DNA of 64,000 nucleotides, from NCBI GenBank assembly GCA_040954595.2, contig CM082580.2, positions 13,752,242 to 13,816,241 on the forward strand, given 5' to 3'. The notes below the pieces were generated by a model. It was not told where the DNA came from and did no database searches. It was given only the letters and a program-made list of their open reading frames with translations. Numbering within the stretch: position 1 is the stretch's first letter; every line of letters begins with the position of its first letter. Made by a program: the position numbers and the translations under genes. The DNA comes from Balanoglossus misakiensis. Its lineage: Eukaryota > Animalia > Hemichordata. Of this stretch, positions 36,301 through 51,300 are shown one piece after another.

Positions 36301-39300
36301 TACAGATTACATGGTGGGTTTTACATGCCAGGAGACATTTCAACTTCCAGGACTTTCCGAGAGATTTTAGTGATCTTCAGGGGTAATTCCCAGCAGTGAT
36401 TACGCAGTAATTGTATAATTATTTGTGAAGGCTGCTATGATGCTCATACAAGGATGCTGGTCACATATTAATTAATTTCTCAGGATTTAATCCTTCATAA
36501 TTATGGACTGCTGTCATTATGTGCAGGAAGAAACATGATGTGAAAACACTATTAATGTTCTCTGGAACTGTGACAAAAAAAACCCCAAGAATTGTCAAAA
36601 ATGTATTGATCATTTGACAAGAACGTCACCCAGACATAAATCATCCTCAAAATGGACACTGTGAATTGCATAGCCTCAAAGAAATGTGCCAAATCAACAA
36701 ATTCCAAAACCCCTCCTGCTACTTCAATTTGCCACTTTATAAACAGAAACTATAATACATTCATTTGTTCTAACCGCTCCCATCAATGCAATGTCTTTAC
36801 TAAACTGGACTACGACCTTCGCATATCTGAAATACTTCAGAGTCCTATTATCTGTACCTGTTTCTTTGTTAACTGTCACAATGAAATCTCTTTTATTTGA
36901 AAGATCTCTTTTTCTTTCATTTTCTATTATTCAGTTCCAGGAAGACATGTTCATATCGATAGACTGACATCATATTCTTATCAGCAGTGTTACGTCCCTT
37001 TTATATTTGGAACAGACCAGTCTCATACTGATCCTCACACACAGTTTTAGAGAAACACTGTACCTAATTATAAACATACAGATGTTCATTTTATTTCTAC
37101 AATAAAACATTTTGCCTTCTCTTAGGCAGGTGAGGAAAGAAACCACGCACTGGCAGTGACGAACCTGACAGTATTGCGCATGGTATCTCACACCGAGAAA
37201 TCGCAGTATCCTTGACGACCACTGACCGGAAAATCTAGTTTAGATATCCCGGCCAGCTCTCTGGAAAGATTTTTCAATTTAATATTTTAACTTTCAATTT
37301 GCAATATCTCTATGTATGACAAGACCATTGTGCCTGGAATCTGTCCGGAAAAGGTTTGGGGGAAAGAAAAGACAGGCCTATCCGCAGGGAAACACAGATA
37401 AAGAAAGTATTGAGAACTGGGTAAATCTAGTTTGTCACTGAATTACCCACAATGCACAGCCAAAACCCTGCATTTCACCAAATGCAACAGCAATACTTGT
37501 ACATCACAAAACTTAACACCTGTATGTCAGTTGCCTATTGACTGCCCATTATTGTGGAAATGCTACCTTATATAATCCCTCTACAGCAACAAGAAGCTAA
37601 TTCTTTAGCGTTTTTCTTGCATTGAAAAGGTCCTGACCAGCTTCAAATTAGCTGTCACTTGTCCTTGGGGGGCGAAGTGGCTGACCCTTGTGCAGTCATA
37701 CCTGGTATCATGGTTCAACATCGTAAAACACGCAGCCCTGCCACGCAAGATCTAGGCTCAACCTGGCTACCACTGCCATGGAATTGCACCCATTCATAAC
37801 ATTGTGTGCTGTGCATATATTTACCGAGAAGATAACACGGTCAATTAGTGTGAAACTTGGAAGATCCTGTCACTGTTGGCAACCTCTCAGTTCCCATGCC
37901 ACCACATAGGAAAGTTTGCCTTACTTTCGCGACTTTAGTCCCCCTCCCCCCACGTCCTTTCAGTTCTTTCCTCAACTCAGCACACATAACAGAAATCTAG
38001 TCTTAACAAAAATAAACCAAATTGGAACACACATTCTCCCATGCAGGAAGTTTTGAAAACCACCACCCTTCTATTAAAAGGCTTCACACAGGAATCAAAC
38101 ATCTATACATGAAACATACACGTAACTCCAAGCAAAACAAACCAGATTTTTTTCTCTCTCAACATGCCGCACATCTCCATGGCAGAGACGGCCATGCAGT
38201 TGCCATTATTTACACAAGGAGTTTGGTTTCTGGGTTTGGCAAATTGCCCCGCTGCTGGTGCTGGCCAATATTCACCCAGAGCACTCTAAAGAAACCAAAC
38301 CCTGGCGAATGAAGTCAAACAAAATTCTTCTCTGATCAAACAGGTTCCTTCTCACACTCAAAAGGACGTTCTTTGATCACTTAAAGTTCAGTGTATGTAT
38401 TTGCATATCAGCAATCTAATTAAAATCCAACGTAAAGAATATCATACACAGCCTTAGTTGGCTTATTCCAATGAGTGTTTCCGGAGATTTGTGACATCAA
38501 TTATTTTGAACCCTGTATCCAGTCAGCTGATATAGACGTGGTAGTTTAGTCAATTGCTAAAATTAGCTGATTCACAAGGAAATTTATCAAAAGAAAAGCA
38601 CCATTACACACGATATAGTCAACAATTCCTAGAATCCATTTTGTCAGATTATCAATATTACAGCAAAAACATGGCATGAGTACTGCGTGCCACATCTTTA
38701 TACTCATTAAAATCAATCTCTTTTTCACTCTTTAATGGAGACACATCGTCAATTTGCCACTATGTAATATGTCAGTAATAAAAGCTAATAATCTATATTT
38801 TATGAAGGATATTTATCTACTTCTACGTCAACCAAATTCTCAATCTTAACATTTTCATGCAAAAACATCTGCAGATTTACAGTGTCAGAATTTTTTTAGA
38901 ATGCAATATGCAGGTTCTCGGCCTTATACTGCATTTTAAATAATAATATCCTATAAACAATAATTTATTATGTTGACCCCTGTAATATCATGAATATTGG
39001 GGATCAACTTCTTATTTTTATGGCATGTCAGACCTGCGGTTAGAAATTATCTTAATATTCATGTTGATTCATTCATGAAGTTTTATCGACACTGAATAAA
39101 TGCAAGGCTGTATTTCTACTGGTATTAACTTTTTCACAGTTATGGGTGAATCACTGTTAAAAAGTAGCGCCATTGGCACTGAAGCACAAATAACATTGCT
39201 GCTACTGTAAACCAACAGTCAAGTGCAACATTATTCTTATAAAGCTTATTCCTTTTTTAACTGAAACTGGGTCCATCTTCCAGCAAGCTTATCCAAAGCA

Positions 39301-42300
39301 GCTTTCAACTCTCCATCTGGACAACTAGCCAGCCTATCACTCAGTCTGGCAGACCCACACACAAAACATTATCTGTTCTGTTAGGAAAACTGATAACACT
39401 GGGGTACAATAATTACAGACAACAATAATTACAGCACAGCAGTTCCTAATAGAACTGAACATCCCATGTGATTCCCATGTGACTCCCATGTGACTCTCTT
39501 TGCATTGGACACAGACTTCTACTACTTCTAAAAGATAAATTTGTTGTGAATGCCAAGTCAATTATGATTATTATCATTCACTTCAGGAGCTGACTGCCCG
39601 TGCAAAAGTGACAGATGCCTTCATGCTGTTCCTCTCATCCGGGAAGTGCTTATCAAGACAATTTTTGGCGGAACATCATCATTTCACAGATGATGACATC
39701 TTGCATGATATGATAATGAAAATTCAGATTTTGAAACATAGGAAATGGTCATCACATTTGATGATCGAGGCGGGGGCTAAATTTGCTTTCACCTAGTTGA
39801 GATTCAGATTCAGGTGCAAGTTCAGTTTAAGGTTCTATCTAGGCTACTGATAACAGCCCTACAAGTTCCACACTCTAATCTGTTGCTTTATCTTTCCACT
39901 TGCAAGTTCCAAAACTGGCTAAGGGGTGGCTCATAAAAATGAGAGATTTACAACTTTCGGTGATCCTATCTGGATACACATTACAAACTACAACATGAAA
40001 TCCTCATAAAATCCTCAGCACAGGAACAATGGCTTGATGGAGTGATGGATTGACCAGGGACCCTACAGGCCCTAGCAACCTCAACATTTGACCTCATTTC
40101 CATCCAAAACTTTGCTACCACATTGGAGAAAAGTTGTCAACGTCTTTTCTTGTTTCCTAATGTTGCGTGACATATTCCCATTCAGCACGTGCTGAAAAGT
40201 GACACAAACGATTCACTGGACACCCATTGAAATATTCTTTGCAAAGAGACTGGCATAATTGCAATTCTCCACAGAGGTTCTCTGTACTGTGGGGTTACAC
40301 ATTACTGAAGGTACCAAGCTGTGACAGAGAAGCTGGGCTGAAGCAAGCACGTTATCTATTCAGTATTTTCATGTGTACTATTCCTGATATTCTGAACTGA
40401 GTGAAATCAATAAAAGAGTTTGGGTATTACTTGGTCTTGCTAGTCTAAAATCTACCTGAGTGGCCCTGCCATGACTATCAGCCTTGAGACCAATGGCTTA
40501 TCTGTGATTGACTTTCAGGAGACTCGGGCGGCCTGAGTTACCCCATGCTTTGAAGGATAGCGTTTCACTTCACTGAATTCAACAGGTGATGCTTGACAGA
40601 GGTTTTCAGGTTCATGGAGTCAGAAAATGCAAGAGAGTACCTGTGAAAATTGCTATTTCAGGACCCATTTTTTGGTCCACATTTCACTGTATTGTTTTGT
40701 ATGTTACCATTCTTACTGTGTAAATACCAAAGTTTCTGTGTTCACTCTGCAGTTTGTCAAGGCAACATGTGATTGGCTGCTGCAATGTCACATGACTCTC
40801 TTCCCGCACCTGATTTGCTGTCAAGAAAATGTGAATTTCAACCGACTGGGACCTTCCTTTTGGTGAACACCACTAGCCATTTTGATAGATATTCAACTTT
40901 GCACTGTGAGATGGGAATTGGTTTCTCAGGACGATTATTTTGGCGTAATATTTCAAGCGGAATGCTCAGGGTCACTGTAAGTCACAAATGCAACGCAAAC
41001 ATGATTAAATAGCTACATCACCTCGCGTTGCAGAAAAGCATTAATAATCGTCAATTCCTTATGAACAAAACTGACCTGTACTGGAGTACTATGCATACTG
41101 CAACAAGATTAAAACTAAATTTATATACATACGGTACATGTATATTCACCCTGTTCATGCTTTTCTGTTCTCAAAAGGCAATCACTCAAATTACCCTGCA
41201 TATGACAGTTACGTCAGGATCAATTAATCCAAATAATTTTAATTATTCCAAATGGATTTCCCAATAAGCTTCACTTTATGCAAAAAAGTGATTTTTCTGT
41301 CACTTGTATCTCAACAACTGTAACGAAGCAAACTGAAACATGTGCTACTTCGATTCCACTGCTTGGGCAAAGGCGACATGTTTGCCAAGTAGGAACCCCA
41401 AATGACTGCCATTTATAAACAGTGGATACTAATGAAATTCCAGCATCGAAATACATACTGTGTATACTCTACACTGTTGAATGGGCAAACTCAATACAGC
41501 GGAGACTTGCAAGTTATGCGACCTCCGACCCCTGCAGATTGTTGACGTTTTACAGATCCATTAAAAATGTCTGAATAGCTGGCACAAAAGTGAAAAGCTC
41601 GGCTCACAATACGTTTATCCACTGACCCACATTCCATAATTGAATTGCCTAAAACCATTACAGCTTATATCTCACAGATTAGCATTTGGATCATTATAAC
41701 AAACTATAAGCCCGTACCTCTCAATTATTTTCTGTGGATGTTAATTTCCGTCACTCTGCACAGGCCTGCTAGCATCCTATATCTGTGTATCTATAAATGG
41801 GTTTGTTTCATTTCCTTTTAAATCTTTTCTCTTTGATCCCAGCACTACATTGTTTCATATAATTATCTTCATCCTACTATCACGTTTCAGCATAAGAAGC
41901 AAAAGGCGTAGGAAGCTGACTGCAAAATTTTCATTTTTATCTGTGATTTTTTTAATCATAGAATTTACTCTCACTAAAAACGTCTTGTGTTCCCTTGATG
42001 AACACGACTCTTGGAGGAACATTGGGATTCGGAATAACTTATCGTTTGTAGTCCATGACAATGTACTGTGCTAAATCTAAACAGTCAACTATTGTGAACC
42101 CAGTTACAAGGTTTGTATTTATGAGTGCATGTCATGCATCAGGGCTGTGCTGTCAGACAAGACTGGTGCATATAGCAGCAGTTCTGACCGGGGCCAGAAC
42201 TGATTCAATGGAGTCGGCTCAGCTGGAGGGCCGGCAATGACACTGACACCATCACCAGCAGGTGAAATACGCTGGACGACAAGAGAAGGATGTGGTTCAA

Positions 42301-45300
42301 ACACCGATCCCTGTTACAAGCATTCTGGGGTGCGGCAATTCGAGAATTTATCAAAATGACTTTTCGCCCAGTCTTTGATTGTTGCACGTGAACAACATGC
42401 AGCATAACTCTTCCTAGTACGTAGGCAAGACTCTGGTGGTGCTGCCATTCAGTTATGAATACCTCCCATAATTCAAACTGTCTACTGAGCAGATATGATA
42501 ACGAGATGTCAGACAGAAATTCATGTTACCATGGAAACAGCTAGCACAATGTTAAAGTGCTGGCGGGCATCACACTGGTTGGCTGTTGGGTATAATCACA
42601 GTCCCTCCACACAGACCGTGGTAGAATATTGTGTACGTGACAACTGGCATGAGGATCATGTTAGTAAATGCACAATGAGGAATTCATCTTTCTGTTTTTT
42701 GACAACTTCTGTTGATAAATTGTTCCTGTACAACAATGCATAATCCTCTTGACGGACACACACTGATAACTGAACGTGGCTTCCACCTACAAACACGTAA
42801 CTGAGTTTTCGGTCAGATGACAAACTTGACTGACAACGCAAAACAAAACAAAACAAAATGGGACACAAGACCTTCAGACCTTGGAGCCAGGTATATCATT
42901 GCACTGAAGTTATCACCGAATAAAGGCACATCACTGGAGTAAAGAAACAGCACTGACTTCAAACCCAAACGATCATGAGAACAGATGTCTCACGGATTTA
43001 CAGTGACCCAAATTTTAACATTTATGTATCACTAAGTGGATTGGAATAATATGCCCTTTTATAACTAGCCAATTTTACTGCAACCAGTTATAAATTACTT
43101 TGCTTACAACATGTATTGATCTTCAGAAGGGGACCATATGACAAACTCCATCCCATGGTCCAATAGCCATTTACCATGATGCAGTAAATTATTATATAGT
43201 CTGACTTAATTTTACATATACAAATGTGTATCGTTTTGAATTCTGAAGGTGATCTAACATTGATGAATCGAATTTTGGTCAATTAAAACAACAAAGTCAA
43301 TCAGAGATCAACTTTCAAAAGAATTAGCACAAACTTTTTTTCACCGTAGCTTGAACCCGGACAGCAGTAACTGGTGTCATATAGATTAACCTTATCAGCA
43401 TTCCAATCTGAACTTGTAGTTTTTCAAACTTGTTGATTGCACTTGACCTTGCTGTGAAAATATACACGTTAAAGGCCATTCAAGCTGGTGGTCCATGTTT
43501 AGTGTGTGAACCATGTCAAGGTTCTTCCTCTGTTCAACGAATATAAAAGAAACATTCTGAGGGCACAAATGCCATTTTTCCTACAGCGAAGGGGTCAGCT
43601 ATTAAATGTGCTCCTAACTGTCTCAGAGATACATTTCACACATATATTTCCTCCTCAAATAACGTGTAGTGACTATTGGTGGTGATCTGCAAATCTGATA
43701 AAAATCAACTTTTAAAGAGTTTTCAGGATGCAATTTTCGCAGTTTCTGCGGTCTTTTTCCAGTGGTGGGTTGACTAAAAACATAGTAAACATATTCATAC
43801 AAAATTTATTATAATTTGCGTAACAAAACACTCATTAGCATATCAAAACTTTAATTGGTCACCTTCCGGTATACTTCATGAATGACAGCTAAATAATTTA
43901 ATATTTCACACGGCAATCCAACAGCCAAAGTGGATGCGCATACAGCAGGCCTGGTATTTGCCACTTGTAACTTTGAACAGTTTCCTCAATTGAAGTTCTT
44001 GTATGAAGTTCAATGCCAAGTTCTGTATCAGCTTGTAAACAAGTCTCTGTACTGCTATTATAATCTCGCAACAGACGTCTCCCCAACCCACTTGAAATCT
44101 ACCTCTCACAAAAGGTTTTTTTTTTTGCACAAATCATGGAACGCTGGTGTGTAGCGCAACCACACGATACCTCGTATTGAGTTGCTGCCACTACGGCGAC
44201 AATGTTACCTAGTTACATGACAACTGTACAAGCGTCCACAGGCGTACTGGGGACCACCTGACAGAGATAATACATTGGAGCAGCTGACCTAAATTTTATA
44301 TAAAATCCAACCCCTTGATTCAGAAATAAAAAGCCCGAAAACTCTTGCTATGCAGAACAGAGGGAACTACCTTTTTGCCATTATTCTACTGTTACGGGGG
44401 ATAGTTTACATCCCCCCAAGGGCAGTGTGGGAGTCATACAATGACAGTAAATACAGCATGTTCTCTGTTATATAATGGATTCATCTGATAGTGTCCAACT
44501 AGTAATGGAAGAGAGATGTTTGACTTTTGATGAACAGATTGCTACATGAAACTTCTTGTTTTAATCAGACACATCAGTCATTTCCATAGTGTTGCTTTAT
44601 CTAATGTTCGTTATAATTTATTTTTCCCTCTTCTGATGTATACTTCCATTTCCTCACTGCAAACTTTCTGATTGACAATTCTAACAACCCTGACCCCCTC
44701 CCCCTTCATACTTATTATGTGGATTCAGCTCACAGACATACATTTTTCGCATGAAATGAACCGTCAGCAACTGCCAGAAATCATACGCAAATGGGAAAAA
44801 CAAATATACCTACTGGTTTAGTAGAAGAAGTTACATTAGCCGTGGTTGGAATGACATCAGGTCTCCAGGCTAAAGTAGTTGCCATTCCGTTGGGCCCAAA
44901 ACTTCACTGCCCAACACTGTAGGCCAGATATGTGTGTGTGTATGCGTACGTATGTATACACTACGCTTTAGGGCAATACCGACACCCTCGCGAAACTGTA
45001 CCCCTTTTGGCCGATGTGTGTATTTGCACAACAATACCCACTGAAAAGTTCGCAAATCCCATCGGCAAAAAGCAAGGGGGGGAATTGGGTGGTCTAATAT
45101 TTGCATGACAAAGCTGGAACTCCGTGGCTAGCATGGCTTATTGGCCTAACTTATCTCCGCAATGTTCACATACTTGGATCATTCCACTTTGTGATATGGG
45201 GATCATTGCGGTTGAACTTCCTGAGCGGCCGGCCGGCAACGCCAGGACCTACCCGCATTTCTGCCGGTAGCGATTCCCTGGACATGCCCAGCCGGGGCCA

Positions 45301-48300
45301 TCCGTCCAATCAAACGAGGGTATTATCAGTCCCGGTTGCTATGATATTGTCCACTCCTTAAAGCAAACCATTTAAAGTATGTGACCTGTGGCCCCTTCGC
45401 GATCATCAATCTATCTCACCTACCGAATCACGTGTGTGTACACAAGTATGTTAAATATTCAGTAAGGTGTGTCGGTCAGTGAGAAGAGGTATTCTTCTCT
45501 CAAGTTCAACCAGTTACTTTTAAGTCTCCCGCAAGAAGGCTTGGTATGCAGCATTGATTTTTTTGCTGAATAGACATCTTTACCACCGTAAGATAACAAA
45601 ACGCAGTGCACATCCTTACGTACGCATTCATTCATGCGCGTATGCACGTACCTACAGGTTTCCTGCCATAGCCGAAAAAAATGACCTGCTCTTTAAATTT
45701 AATTTGTCAATAATGCAGCAAATGCTTGAATGCAAACCTCACGTAACTGTCAGCGTATTTTACAGATGAGTACAAGGGGGAGGATGAAATATCCGCAAAA
45801 ATGCAAATGTATTACTTATTTTCTTCTCATTTTCCATTCGTCCAACGAGTGCTCATACGAGGGCATTCTTTCTTTGGTTTGATTATGATCAGAAGTCGAC
45901 ACAGACGAACAATTCAGAATGGTGAAAATTATTCCATGGGTGTGCAATGTTTAAAGGTGGGCGGAGCACCGAGTGTTGGCAGACTGCCCACCTGGCTACA
46001 ATTTATTAGATCAATTTAGAACAAGGCAGAAACAGGTGACAGCCCATTATTTATCTGCCCCGGTATATCACCAACTCAAATGCCGGACAACGTACAAAGC
46101 ACGACAAAACCCGACGGAATGTCGGCGGCCAAGTATAATCAGAAACAAACAAAGGAGGGAAACTTGGTCTGCTTTTGGAATATTTCACTTATCAGTTAGC
46201 ATTGAGAAGCTTATGACTAAAGATACTGTGTAGAAGTCTTCAGTTCTTGGTCTGCGTCCAATTTTCTATGGCGGAACCTCTAGGGCATTGCAGTTGTCAT
46301 TGCAAGGTTTCTTAACAGATATCAAGAGACGATATTCACCACACAAGGATTAAATTCAATTTTTCTTCTGTATTTTGGGGTCACCTGAACATTACAATCA
46401 GTCCACTTAATAATGAATTAAATATTTTGTTAATAATTTTAAGCTGGAATGAACATACCCATACATATTTTCATATTGTTTCAATTTTTATTATGAACAA
46501 TTGCCAATAATGTCAATAAAATGAATTAAAATATCAGGAATGTGTTCTTGTAATAATTTCTAGCTGTCAAACACAATAGTGTTCGTTTAAGAGCCAGCGT
46601 CTATTGTTAATCAGTTCTCTGTGTTTGAAGACAGGAAAAGGACATGTTGCATGTCAAAAGTTCAAACACGTAAAATTCAAAGGGGCCGCGATGGACATTT
46701 CCACATCCCCCTCCCCCCACTCTTTTAAGACACAAACCCCTGGGGCAGCTTATTAGTTCAATTTCCTATCCAAGGCACCCACATCTAATAAATTAGTCTG
46801 GAACGATTCTTCCAAGTTGCAAAAGTTGACAAGCGTACCAGGTTCGGTATTCACAAGACTGTGTTCTTCCTTTCGGGTTCTTGCAACATAATTTATCACA
46901 GAAGAGTGGAAGATCACAAAAGGCGCAGTGGCCAGCACGTTCGATGCTGAGAGAAAAAAAAAAGGCTTGAGGCAAAATCTTCCAAGATCCTGAGTACACA
47001 CTGGTGCCGGCTTGTCGACTTCACATTCATGGCAATAGGTGGAGAGATTTGCGACTGACTACGAGAAATCACCAATGATACAAAGATGGTCGACCGATCA
47101 GTCCGAGAACATGACAAAAACAGCCAACCAAAAAGGTAGCAAGGTCGATGTTTACAATACAAGTGATCGAGTTTTAATGCATACAGGTCAATATTGATTG
47201 AGGATCTGGGGGAAACAAGTATCTGTATTGATCTCGACCACAATGCAGTAAGTTTCCACGGGGTTCAGCCAATACAACTACATATTACATAACATGTTCC
47301 TCCAAACTGCATGGTTGTTGGGGTGTACATGAAAATGGAAATGTCAGTGTGCATGCACTGGTGGTGATGTGATCTCTCCCGTCACAAGAACATCATAGCA
47401 CTCTCACAATTAAAAACGGAAACATGTTAATTCCAGCACTGCAATCACAGAATACCAATTATTAGAACTTTGGTATTATTAATTATCTTTCAAATTTGAG
47501 TGATTTTGAGTTTTTTATTTTACTGGCGGCAATATATACCTGTGTCTGTGTAGGCACTGATGTATGGATTGGTGTGTGGGGGTGTATGGGGGACGTTGGT
47601 TGGCAGGTGGGTGTTGAGTGTTATTAGGTCATTTGCAAAATTTGTGAAAATTGGAACTTCCAGGGAAATTGTTCAATCTCTATAATCATGATGATGCCAC
47701 TAATCTCCACATAGTCCTGCATGACAAACGCTTGCATTGGCCAGAGCTGACACTGGGAACCACACCTGGAGTGCATGTACAGCAACTTTTCATGACACAA
47801 ATGTCATAAAAAATGTTGAGGGCACTTCTACTGCTCGGGCAATCTTGTTGGCACTTGCTTTGCTATTTCTGAATAGCCATTACAAGACACTCCCACCCCT
47901 TCACTCAGCTTAAAAAGTCTGTTACGTCAGCTCTGAGGACATAGATACACATCTCTGATGGCACTAATAAACACAACAATGACAACCAAGGAATGAGATA
48001 GCAACAGGTAGGACAGTAGATGGGGAGATTCATGGTTTCTCTCTCAGCTGAATTAACACTTTCAAAAATTCCCTCATTATCATCTAACTGTTCCTGGAGG
48101 AGTTTAATCACATATGCTAAACTGCACTGGAAACCCAACAAGCAAACACAATAAAAGAGAGACACCAATTGAATATGCCACTGCTTACATAATGGAAAAC
48201 AAAGCATTCCCCTTTGCACTGGTTGAATGGGGCTATACATAGTCCAATAATGATCCCAACAGCTCTGCTCAGCCAAGGCCTTGATACCCTCCGCCCCCTC

Positions 48301-51300
48301 CCCCCAATCGCAATTCCCTCTCTATGCTAAAAATAAACATCTCATGTCTTTACATAACAGAGGAGACATAATCTTTTTTCTACATATCTTCTTCTTCATA
48401 TCCAGCCACCTACTATCACTAAAGATTTATTTACTAATGTGTGGGTGTGATACAATAAGTCACAGCAAATTCTTGTCCAATGCCTTCCATTTTTTCTCTT
48501 GAGAGAAATCACATGATTACCACAAATTAGACGCATGTATCCTGCCTTGCATACTTGGTGATATTTGTTGTGTGTAAGTCTAACTTTACAGCTACATGGC
48601 ACATCTTTACCCATCACACATATACCACACTACATTGCATGATATATTCATAGTATATCATGTCCATACAAATATTCCATTCAGAATTCATGCAAGATCG
48701 CTTCTGCCACCCACATACAAGAAACATGACACGCCACATATCTGTTCAGTGAAACCCACATCAAATGTCACTATATATTACTTCCTCATTTTGATTTTAA
48801 AAACATCCATATTTAATTATGACTGAATGAATTAATACTTCACACACAAAACATACAATGCTTTATGGAGTGGATTTTCTTAGATTTTCCACCCTCAAAG
48901 AGGGTGTGAACTTTTAAAGTCCACGCTGAAGGATTTTCACAAATGAAAGTGATTTGGGCAAACATGCATCGCATGGTATGTCCAAGTCTTTTCTTGGTCT
49001 TTTATCGCAAGGAAAATGTAGGAGTTGTCATGGGAACTAAGATATAAATTACACATCGATTTACCTATGCCAGATTGAGAGATACACTGCACAAAGGAAC
49101 TCTGGGAGTTATTGTCAGTTCGTGACTTGGTTCCGGCTGGTGACCTTTTATAAAACCTGACACCCACAGCCGTAGGTCAGCAATAAATGACAAAAATCCA
49201 TCCTTCAGACTTGCATTACAATTTGAAAATCATTACATGGCAAGGTTTGCAGATTCAAAATTGAAATTCGAGGAAAGAAATTCTGGCAGGGAAGCGTGAC
49301 TCTATAACTGGCTCATGTGACCATCCATTCATAGGAAATATCTAAAGTTATCACAATTGCTCCATCTGGAATTTTCTGATTACCGTACGGTACCAGAAAA
49401 TCAGATTTTGTGAATGATTTGAAAAAAACATGTACAGCACATACGTCTTTTTTCTCTGATGGAGTTCATTCCCGATGATTCAGCTGTTACTGTTAACAAT
49501 TTTTCCATTTGATTTATTCAGTGTTTTTTTTCTTTCTGCCCTACTTCACAACCTGTATGTACTGAGAATCGACTTGAAGTCGAGACTAAACTGATTTGAG
49601 CCAATCTCATTTCAAATCTGGATGTAGGTCATTAGATTACCAGAGAGGTCCAAGATACCACATCATGATTTTAGATGTTCATCAATAAAATCAGTCTGTA
49701 CAGTATTTCAATTTCAAAGTCCAATTTAAGAATGAGCAGTGGCCAGAGGCAAATGTGGGGCAGGGTTTACTCACTCTTTAAGGAATACAGTCATTTTTGT
49801 GATCTTGACAATTGAACAGCTCATGTCCAAAGCTGTATGTACATCATGTGCTCTTGTACAATATACAGTAATGCAAACTATGCCGCAATTCCAAAGAGGT
49901 GCCATGAAAGAAGTACATAGCCATTGAAAATCTCTGGGTGTCCCTGTTAGTCTGAAATGGTATTCACTTCATTTGTGTTCGGTGATCCATCTACTTCAAT
50001 ATGTAGCATAAATTAGGAAAAGTGTTGTTTAAAAGGTTAATCCAATTACACCTCATTTAATGTCTGGAATTCCTTAGCAAAGTTTCAAACAATGAGTGTT
50101 TAATGACCCTGCCTGTACTTGGCATTGACTCCCGGGAGAAACCACTCACTCAAGCAACTATGGATTATAACCATAGACATACACGTTTAGTGACAGAAGG
50201 CAAGATCACTCTTAACCCTTTCACCCCCAGTTCCCTCTTTAGAGGTCCAACCTTACTATACAAAACAATGGATTTGGACTGAACCATAGTGGTGAAAAGG
50301 TTGAAGTGGTGACTGGACCAGCCCTGCAACCCCCTTAGCTACTAATTACAAGTAAACTCGTTCTTACAGATATAATATCCAGGTCACCTTCGTATATTGT
50401 GAACAGACTTTTCAAGTACATACTGATGGTTTTCTTGCCTATAAAAGTCAACAGAATTCTCACTAACAAAACTGGAGTATTTTAAAATGTATGACCTCAC
50501 TTCGTGAGAAAAAAACACAAAAAAGTATTCCACTACCACATTCATAGTCTTCTTTGTATCGATTACAAATGAATACTACTGTAAGAAATTCAGCAAGGCA
50601 GCTCTTATGAAGGCATTTAAATAAATAGCCTATGTTATGTGTGTGCGTGTATGTTCAAAGAAATTCTGAAAATAGCCGAGTGGAAACATGTCAGTACAGA
50701 GTTGTATCATCACGATTTGTATGTGTATTGACACAATCATGTAAAATATTTGAAGTATGCTATAACCATGACCATACCTGCTGATACTGGCTCGGTTTCT
50801 GCTGTCCTGCACTCATGGAGTACATAGTCTCTCGCATTCTCCTGGTCTTAAATTACGCTTTGAAGAAATTTCTTGTCTTTCAACTAGTGTACATTAAGTG
50901 ACAACTTTTTTTTCTCCTCTTGGCCTCAGCACAGTTGAACAGTTGGCCTTTTGGTGTGTTGTTGCTGTTTTTTCTCTACATAGTTTTTTTTCCTGCGCTG
51001 CTGTTCAGAGCGTAGGGAACTCGGCTACCATGGTTCACTGTACGTACACCCTGCTGGCTTTTGAAGTGGCTGTTACGGCAACTGTGTAGCCACCCTTCTG
51101 TCAACATTCGGCACCCCCTTCTGCATTTTTGGGGCCGCTGTAACTATTGATCGAGTTGATTGGGCGATATTATTAGAAGAACAATGGTCAGCTCTATCTG
51201 AAGGAAATCAATGGCCGTTCTTTCATGTTCAAATGCGACAAAACAAACACTGCAAAACCAGAGTAAAATCCTTTCAAATTGCGAAGACACACCGTAATTT

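Noticed and set aside
47540-47632. Pro/His/Thr-rich stretch ending in CAG|gtatat, a possible extra RBMS first exon
   Set aside because: The phase-0 frame has ATG ACC TAA TAA upstream, so no compatible coding frame exists.
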